In this document: positions 46,029 through 51,814 of the stretch, one piece after another
Layout of the letters: the number at the start of each line of letters is the position of its first letter
Position numbering within the stretch: position 1 is the stretch's first letter
Origin: Candidatus Iainarchaeum sp.
GTDB taxonomy: Archaea > Iainarchaeota > Iainarchaeia > JAGGVJ01
Direction of reading: 5' to 3'
Length of the DNA: 51,814 nucleotides
NCBI GenBank assembly: GCA_021158055.1
Contig: JAGGVJ010000015.1
Coordinates: 1-51,814 of the forward strand
Notes under the pieces: model-generated
Seen by the model: only the letters and a program-made list of their open reading frames with translations
Database searches by the model: none
Told to the model about the DNA's origin: nothing
Translations under genes and position numbers: made by a program

Positions 46029-47443
46029 TTGATTTCACCCCGCTTCAGTTCAAGAGTCTGCATTGCCTGCAAGACTTCAAGGTCTTTGTTTTGCCCGCCG
46101 GCTATCTGCACGCCCACCGGAAGGCCGTGAGAGAAACCGAACGGAACCACTCCGGCTGGTATTCCTGACAGGTTTGCAAAGCTGACAAGCGTGTCTGCAA
46201 GGTACATTGCAAGCGGGTCGTCTATCTTTTCTTTGATTTCAAACGCAGTGAACGGGGCGGCAGGGCTTACCATGAAGTCTGCTTTTGAGAATATTTTTTC
46301 GTATTTCTGCTTTATGATGTTTTTTGCCTGAAGCGCTTTTGAGTACCATTTTCCCTGGAATTCTTTCATGGAAATGAATGTCCCGAAAAGTATTCTTCGC
46401 TTGACTTCTTTTCCAAGCGACTGTTCCCTGTTGGCCGAGACTGTTTCGTTGAGTGTCGAGTCGGTTTCTGTCCTGAAACCGTATTTCAGCCCGTCGAATT
46501 TTTGCATTGCGCTTGCGAATTCCGCGTACATGTTCAGGTAGTATGTTGCAACGCAGAATTTTGTGTCAGGCACGCTTATTTCAATGCGGTCTGCGCCGCG
46601 GTCTTCCATTTCTTCCACTGCGTCGAGCACTATTTGCGAGACTGTTGTTTCGCTTCCTTCAAAGAACTCTTTTGGAACAGCGATTGTTTTTCCCTCAAAG
46701 GAAAAGTTGTCGAGTTTTGTTGTGAAGTCAAATTGTTTTTGTTTTGTGGAGACATTGTCTTTCGGGTCGTTGCCTGCCATTGACTCGAGAAGAATTGCCG
46801 CGCCGTAGACGTCTCTTGCCATCGGTCCCGGGGTTTCTATCCCCATTGTCATGTCTGACAGGCCGTACCTGCTTACAAGGCCGTAAGTGGGTTTGAATCC
46901 GACGACCCCGCAGAAAGTCGCGGGAGACCTGATGGAGCCCCCTGTGTCGCTGCCGATTGACAGGTCGCACAGCCCTGCTGCGAGCGCGGCCCCGGCTCCT
47001 GAAGAGCTTCCTCCGGGAACTCTTGAGTTGTTCCACGGGTTGAGGGTGGGGCCGAAAAAGCTTGTTTCTCCGCTTCCGCCGCAGGCAAATTCGTCCATGT
47101 TTGTTTTGCCGATGATAATTGCCTGTTCTTCAAGTACGCGTTCTGTAATTGTGGCGTTGTAGGGGGCAGTGTAGTTTTCAAGCATTTTTGAACCGCAGGT
47201 CATCCTGATGCCTTTGACTGCAATGTTGTCTTTTACCGAGACAAGCAGTCCTGCAAGTTTTCCTGCTTTTTGTTTTGAAATGTTTTCTTTGAGCTTTTTT
47301 GCTTTTTCAATGACTTGTTTTTCGTTTACCGTGATAAACGCGTTTATGTTTGAGTCGGTTATTTTTTGAAGAAACTTTTGGCTTTCTTCTTCGATGTCTA
47401 TTTCCTGGCTTTTTATTTTTTCAAGCTTTGTTTTTGTGTTCAT
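46013..47443 (-). CDS. gatA: Asp/Glu-tRNA amidotransferase subunit A
   Basis: KTNMDEF, PGGSSSG, SDTGGSIR, EVKRRI. Confidence 0.96.
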   Translation of the reverse strand: MNTKTKLEKIKSQEIDIEEESQKFLQKITDSNINAFITVNEKQVIEKAKKLKENISKQKAGKLAGLLVSVKDNIAVKGIRMTCGSKMLENYTAPYNATITERVLEEQAIIIGKTNMDEFACGGSGETSFFGPTLNPWNNSRVPGGSSSGAGAALAAGLCDLSIGSDTGGSIRSPATFCGVVGFKPTYGLVSRYGLSDMTMGIETPGPMARDVYGAAILLESMAGNDPKDNVSTKQKQFDFTTKLDNFSFEGKTIAVPKEFFEGSETTVSQIVLDAVEEMEDRGADRIEISVPDTKFCVATYYLNMYAEFASAMQKFDGLKYGFRTETDSTLNETVSANREQSLGKEVKRRILFGTFISMKEFQGKWYSKALQAKNIIKQKYEKIFSKADFMVSPAAPFTAFEIKEKIDDPLAMYLADTLVSFANLSGIPAGVVPFGFSHGLPVGVQIAGGQNKDLEVLQAMQTLELKRGEIKWPQK

Positions 47444-47480
47444 CTAAACTGTCTCCGCCGGAATTTTTTCAGCTTTCAAT

Positions 47481-47768
47481 TCAGAGGTTTTTCGGAACTT
47501 TGAAGTAGTCTGCGCTTCGTTTCGGGGCAAGGTCCAGTATTGATTTTGCGCCTTCAAATGTTTTTGCTGTCCCGTCTTTCCGAAGCGGGTTCCTGTTCAG
47601 TGTGAGGTAAAGCGAAAGGTCTTTTGGCGCGTAGTCCTGGTTTATTTTTGAGAAAAAGGTAAACAGTTTTTCTGAGTCCAGTGAAAATTCCTTGAGTTCT
47701 CCTTGGCTTAGTTTCAGCCTGCAGACCTCTGATACTCTTTTGAGGGTTTTTTCGTCGATTTTGTTCAT
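47481..47768 (-). CDS. gatC: Asp/Glu-tRNA amidotransferase subunit C
   Basis: RL..LRKD..AP..YFKVPK, immediately upstream of gatA. Confidence 0.85.
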   Translation of the reverse strand: MNKIDEKTLKRVSEVCRLKLSQGELKEFSLDSEKLFTFFSKINQDYAPKDLSLYLTLNRNPLRKDGTAKTFEGAKSILDLAPKRSADYFKVPKNL

Positions 47769-47824
47769 TTTTTCACCTGCATGAAATAATTGTTGATTGT
47801 CGTTTCGCGTGTAATTGTGCGGTT

Positions 47825-47900
47825 TGGTGGGCCCGGCCAGAATTGAACTGGCGATCTCCGCCATGTGAAGGCGGCATCATAGCCACTAGACCACGGGCCC
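47825..47900 (-). tRNA. tRNA-Val(CAC), CCA encoded
   Basis: GGGCCCG/CGGGCCC acceptor, CCGCC-TTCACAT-GGCGG arm. Confidence 0.96.
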
Positions 47901-47909
47901 GTTATCGGT

Positions 47910-48254
47910 TTAGTGAATGTATGTTGACTGGTGTTTTTTGGACTTGTCTGATTTTTTTTCTTTGATTTCAGGTGCTTGATTCGGGTCATCCGGTATTTTT
48001 CCGAATTTTTCCTCATATTTTTCCATGTTTTCGTTGAGCATTTTTGTGAAATTTTTCATTATCTGTGGGTTCATTATGAGCCTTGAAAACACGTACATCC
48101 GGAATTCTGCCATTCCTGTCTGGTCGGGAAGCATTTGCCCGAGCTCTATAAGGAACTCGTGTTGACCATGGCTTGCTGTGAAGCTGTTTGGACTGAGGGC
48201 TATTTTTGCTGACCCTCCGATTTCTTTTACGGCTTTTTTTTTGTCTTCTTCCAT
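47910..48254 (-). CDS. DUF3467-like protein
   Basis: NSF..H..HEFLIELGQ, SRLIMNPQ.MK, NMEKYEEKFGKI. Confidence 0.75.
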   Translation of the reverse strand: MEEDKKKAVKEIGGSAKIALSPNSFTASHGQHEFLIELGQMLPDQTGMAEFRMYVFSRLIMNPQIMKNFTKMLNENMEKYEEKFGKIPDDPNQAPEIKEKKSDKSKKHQSTYIH

Positions 48255-48293
48255 TGTTTTCACTTTCTGTATTTTTTGCATTAAACGTTTTAG

Positions 48294-48366
48294 TAGCCCC
48301 GGAGAGATTCGAACTCCCGTCAACAGGTCCAGAACCTGTCATCCTTGGCCGCTAGACTACGGGGCT
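48294..48366 (-). tRNA. tRNA-Gln(CTG)
   Basis: A1-U72 acceptor AGCCCCG/CGGGGCT, ACAGG-TTCTGGA-CCTGT arm. Confidence 0.96.
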
Positions 48367-48490
48367 TTTAAAAACAGCTTGGTGTAAATATTGGTATATA
48401 ATTATGCATAAAACAGATTAATATTAGTATTAGTTGTATGTGACTGGATTTAAACTTTAACTTTTTTTGTTTGAAATGAGTCCTTTGCGG

Positions 48491-50329
48491 TTATCCGTTA
48501 AGGTTCACATTGTATTTCCAGTTGCATTTTTCAACAGTGTCGATTGTGAGGCATGCTTTTATGTCGTATGTTCCGGGTTCTACCGGAAGGAATGCGTGTC
48601 CGTCGCTGTCGGTTTCCACTGTTTGTATGAGTTGCCCGTTCTGGTAGGCGTAGACTGTTGCGGGCGGGTTGGTTGGTTTTCCAAGGCATTCGGTTACGTA
48701 GATGCTGTAGCCCCCTGTGAATTCCTGGATTGTGTCAAGGGTTATTGTCAGGGCCGGGTTTTCGTTGGTTGGCGGTGCGCTGATCCCCATTATTAATGCT
48801 CTTGAGTTCCCGTGCCTGTCTACTGCTCCGAGGTCAACGTATGCGCCGAAGGTTCCGTCTCCGTTTCCGGGCATGTAGTATGCGTGTTCTCCGTTGTAGT
48901 TTGTGAAGACGAGGTCCTGGTGGCCGTCATGGTCAAAGTCAAAGTTGTCTCCAGGGCAGTGGTGGTTGATGTCGAACGGCGTTCCGTTTGTCAAGAGTTG
49001 TGTTCTTGGCTGGAATGTTCCGTCCCCGTTTCCTTTGTGGAACCACATTCTTCCTCCGCCTCCCTCGCAGCTTACGATGTCCGGGTTGGTGTCTTCGTCA
49101 AAGTCTGCTGCTGTCGCCTGGTACGGGTCGTCTCCGATGTCTTCAATGTAGTGCGTGGTGAAGCTGCCTGTCCCGTCCCCGAGCATTACGTAAAGGTATC
49201 CGCTGTTGTATCTTGTTATTGCAAAGTCCATGTTTCCGTCTTTGTTGAAGTCAGCAGTGTCTTTCGCCCGCAGGTATGACCCGGGTCCGGGTATTGCAGT
49301 GTCTGTGAAGTTTCCTGTTCCGTCTCCCGTGAATAAGTGGAGGTTGTTGTCGTTTCCTGATGCGATGAAGTCGGCGTGTGTGTCGTTGTTGAAGTCTGCT
49401 GTTGCCATGTCCATTGCACCCCAGTCGGAGTTGATTGTTCCGATTTGAACCGGCGCGTCAAAAGTGTTGCCTGCGTTTTGCAGGTGGATTTTGATTGCTG
49501 TTGTTGAACCCAGGTCTTCGCCGCTTACAAAGTCCATTAATCCGTCTTCGTTGAAGTCATTTATTGCAAGCCCCCATCCTCTTGGCCCGAACCTTCCCAC
49601 GTATTCTGTTAAAAAAGTCCCGTCCCCATTGCTCTTGAACATGGTGATGTCTCCCTGGTCGTGGGTGGATATAAGGAAAAACTCGTTTGGACCTGTGATC
49701 AGGGGTATGGAGTAGCTTGGCTGTAGCATTTCCCCGTCTTCCAGGTCATCAAAGTATATCAAAAAATATTTTGTTGTGCCTGCGGAGATGTCACCTTCTA
49801 TCAGCCACTTGACATTGTGTGCAAATCTGCTTTTGTCGCTTGGGCTGGTGGTTGCGTCAGTTGCAATGTTTGGAGGGGTTTGGGGGGTGATGCTCATTGT
49901 ATATTCCATGCCAAGAACATAAAAATTGGTTTCCGCAATGTTTGAGGGGTTTCCTGTCGGGTCGAGGTGTGTTGTGGTTGGTGTTGATGTGGTGTTTAGT
50001 TTTATTGTGTGTTCTGCTCCGGTTTGGTAGTATGTGTTGTTTGCTTTTCCGCTTGGTGCGCTTGTTGGGTCGAGGTGTGTTGTGGTTGGTGTTGTGGTGT
50101 TTAGTTTTATTGTGTGTTCTGCTCCGGTTTGGTAGTATGTGTTTGTTGCCTGCCCGCTTGGGTTCCCTGTCGGGTCCAGCGGTGTTGAACCGGGGTCGGA
50201 CAGGTTTGTGATGCTTATTGAGTATTCGGATGACTCCACAGTGTAGTCTGCCAGTGCAAGGGGTGTGAGCAGGAATGCAAAGGCAATTGTCAGGATTGAA
50301 CTTATGTTGAAGAGCGTGGATTTTTTCAT
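48491..50329 (-). CDS. Secreted FG-GAP/VCBS beta-propeller protein with N-terminal HLDP repeats
   Basis: Signal peptide; repeated ADFNxDGxxD and GDGTGxF; three (H/P)LDPT..PS..A...YY repeats. Confidence 0.85.
   Translation of the reverse strand: MKKSTLFNISSILTIAFAFLLTPLALADYTVESSEYSISITNLSDPGSTPLDPTGNPSGQATNTYYQTGAEHTIKLNTTTPTTTHLDPTSAPSGKANNTYYQTGAEHTIKLNTTSTPTTTHLDPTGNPSNIAETNFYVLGMEYTMSITPQTPPNIATDATTSPSDKSRFAHNVKWLIEGDISAGTTKYFLIYFDDLEDGEMLQPSYSIPLITGPNEFFLISTHDQGDITMFKSNGDGTFLTEYVGRFGPRGWGLAINDFNEDGLMDFVSGEDLGSTTAIKIHLQNAGNTFDAPVQIGTINSDWGAMDMATADFNNDTHADFIASGNDNNLHLFTGDGTGNFTDTAIPGPGSYLRAKDTADFNKDGNMDFAITRYNSGYLYVMLGDGTGSFTTHYIEDIGDDPYQATAADFDEDTNPDIVSCEGGGGRMWFHKGNGDGTFQPRTQLLTNGTPFDINHHCPGDNFDFDHDGHQDLVFTNYNGEHAYYMPGNGDGTFGAYVDLGAVDRHGNSRALIMGISAPPTNENPALTITLDTIQEFTGGYSIYVTECLGKPTNPPATVYAYQNGQLIQTVETDSDGHAFLPVEPGTYDIKACLTIDTVEKCNWKYNVNLNG
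49959..50143. repeat. Near-identical intragenic direct repeat (49959-50038 vs 50067-50143)
   Basis: Identical apart from a 3-nt indel. Confidence 0.9.
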
Positions 50330-51363
50330 TTTGGAGTTACCTCGCTTACATTTTCATTTATTACTCTTCCTTGCGCGTCTACTTCAACTATCCGGACAGA
50401 GTTTTCGTCGAAAGTGGTTGTTTTGCCGAGTGTTTCAAGGTATTCCATGAAGTTGATTTCTTTTTTGACCCACAGGTCTTTTGCGTCACTTTCAATGGTT
50501 ATGCTTATTGGTATCTGGTATTTCCATTTTTCGTTTGCCCACATGTTGCCTGAAAGATTGTTTATTGTTATGTTTATGGGGGTGGGGTCAAGCGGAGCTC
50601 CGGTGTACCCTTCAGGAACCAGGTCCATTGAGTAAGTTGATTTCAGTATATTGAAAAAATCCAGCCGGTACTCATCTGTGCTGTTATTGAAAGATACAAG
50701 CATTCCGCCGCTTGAATTGGTTATGGATCGGGTTTCAATTTCACTTGTGTTTTCGTTTGATGCGTCAGCCTGCACGTTTTCTACGGGTTGTCCGGAAGAG
50801 TTGGTAATATAAAATTTTTTTATGTTTTTCGGACTGCTTAGACTTGGTTGTATTTTGTATTCCTGGGATTGAACATAAAATGTTTTCGATGCGCTTTGTT
50901 CGGTTGCCTGTGACGGGTCAAGGTGGGTTGACTGTGGTGCTTGAATCACCGGCAGTATTTTGTATTCGTAGGAGTGGGTGTAAAATGTGGTGTCTGCCTG
51001 CGCGCTCGGGGCGCTTGCCGGGTTCAGGTGTGCTGAAGCAGGTGCTGAGATAACAGGTTCCATCTTGAATTCGTGCGAGGCAGTGTAAAAGTTGTTTGCT
51101 GCTTGTCCCAGTGGTGCCCCGCTCGGGTTCAGGTAACCTGGCATAGGCGCCGGGAGTGCCGGCTGCATTTTGTATTCGTAGGAGTGGGTGTAGAATGTGG
51201 TGTCTGCCTGCGCGCTCGGGGAGAACGAGGGGTCCAGGTGGGTGCTTGTCGGCGGCGTTTGAGTGTACTCGAAGTTAAACTCGGCTGACTCTATTGTGTG
51301 TTGTGCTGCCGAAAAGGCAGGGGCAAACATCAGCCAAGCAACTACTAAGACCCAAAAGCGCAA
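50326..51363 (-). CDS. Secreted protein with four ~35-aa HLDP repeats and a C-terminal DUF2341-like half domain
   Basis: Signal peptide; HLDPSFSPSAQADTTFYTHSYEYK-type repeats; WKYQIPISI..FDENSVRIVE. Confidence 0.8.
   Translation of the reverse strand: MRFWVLVVAWLMFAPAFSAAQHTIESAEFNFEYTQTPPTSTHLDPSFSPSAQADTTFYTHSYEYKMQPALPAPMPGYLNPSGAPLGQAANNFYTASHEFKMEPVISAPASAHLNPASAPSAQADTTFYTHSYEYKILPVIQAPQSTHLDPSQATEQSASKTFYVQSQEYKIQPSLSSPKNIKKFYITNSSGQPVENVQADASNENTSEIETRSITNSSGGMLVSFNNSTDEYRLDFFNILKSTYSMDLVPEGYTGAPLDPTPINITINNLSGNMWANEKWKYQIPISITIESDAKDLWVKKEINFMEYLETLGKTTTFDENSVRIVEVDAQGRVINENVSEVTPK
50957..51221. repeat. 55-bp intragenic direct repeat (50957-51011 vs 51167-51221)
   Basis: One mismatch; 210-bp offset equals two 35-aa units. 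Confidence 0.9.
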
Positions 51364-51399
51364 ACAGATTATCTCCTATTTGTTGTGTTGCCTGCGTTT

Positions 51400-51813
51400 C
51401 TAGCTGTAGAAGCTTATGAAAGCCGTTTTAATATATCCATAGTAGGATACATAAGCATGTACACGGTATTTTTGGTTATTTTCCATGGATGTGGTTGTAT
51501 TTGTGCATAATATTTGAGTTACATTTGTTGCAACATTTACATTGGGGTCAGTTGTCTTGTTCCATTGCACATAACTAGATTTATAACTTGGGTGCAGGTA
51601 ACCGCTGTAACAGAGGGCTGAGTTGTAGGTAGTTACATCGTGTTTTGTCACGAACCATTCTGTGCCCCTGTTATTATAGTCATAGCTTCCGGTTACAATC
51701 AATCCTGTTGCGCTCGGGTAAAACCCTGAGTAGTAAGCAACATCACTTTTTGAGTAAGTGTAAGGTGATGCCTCAACTGTGCAGCTTTTGTGCCCTGCTC
51801 TCGTAATTATCCT
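51400..51813 (-). CDS. C-terminal part of a Y/T/N-rich, probably extracellular protein (5' end outside the window)
   Basis: Frame is open from 51702 to the window edge. Confidence 0.7.
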   Translation of the reverse strand, partial: RIITRAGHKSCTVEASPYTYSKSDVAYYSGFYPSATGLIVTGSYDYNNRGTEWFVTKHDVTTYNSALCYSGYLHPSYKSSYVQWNKTTDPNVNVATNVTQILCTNTTTSMENNQKYRVHAYVSYYGYIKTAFISFYS

Positions 51814-51814
51814 A

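Noticed and set aside
49959-51221. DGR template/variable repeat pair
   Set aside because: Repeats are in-frame intragenic units without multiple adenine-specific mismatches, and there is no reverse transcriptase in the window

Overview
Archaeal chromosomal segment, probably from a DPANN-type lineage (inferred from archaeal-type AlaRS, LeuRS and ProRS, aSelBL, DUF359 dephospho-CoA kinase, a BHB tRNA intron and GGTG ribosome-binding sites). Core content: alaS, leuS, proS, gatCAB, trxB, xth, a HerA-like ATPase and five tRNAs. Accessory content: an AT-rich pair of HEPN-like genes after tRNA-Leu, znuABC, cysteine synthase, rubrerythrin, hypA/Mrp, a macrodomain, an MboI/DpnII-type GATC restriction-modification locus with an insert, and repeat-rich secreted proteins. 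The standout feature is at 2.0-3.5 kb, where an integron-like gene-cassette system is built around a short tyrosine recombinase lacking the IntI-specific insertion. It has a loxP-like 8-8-8 palindromic att site, a bidirectional TATA box, one complete cassette and a branched attC-like hairpin. The hairpin's R'' box is complementary to the cassette's own 5' end, the signature expected from G|TT cassette insertion. Other oddities are three genes interrupted by point lesions, a candidate ATA start codon, a DPCK-PPAT fusion and a DUF2341-like domain apparently split between two adjacent secreted proteins. All family assignments come from motif recognition by eye; no searches were run.
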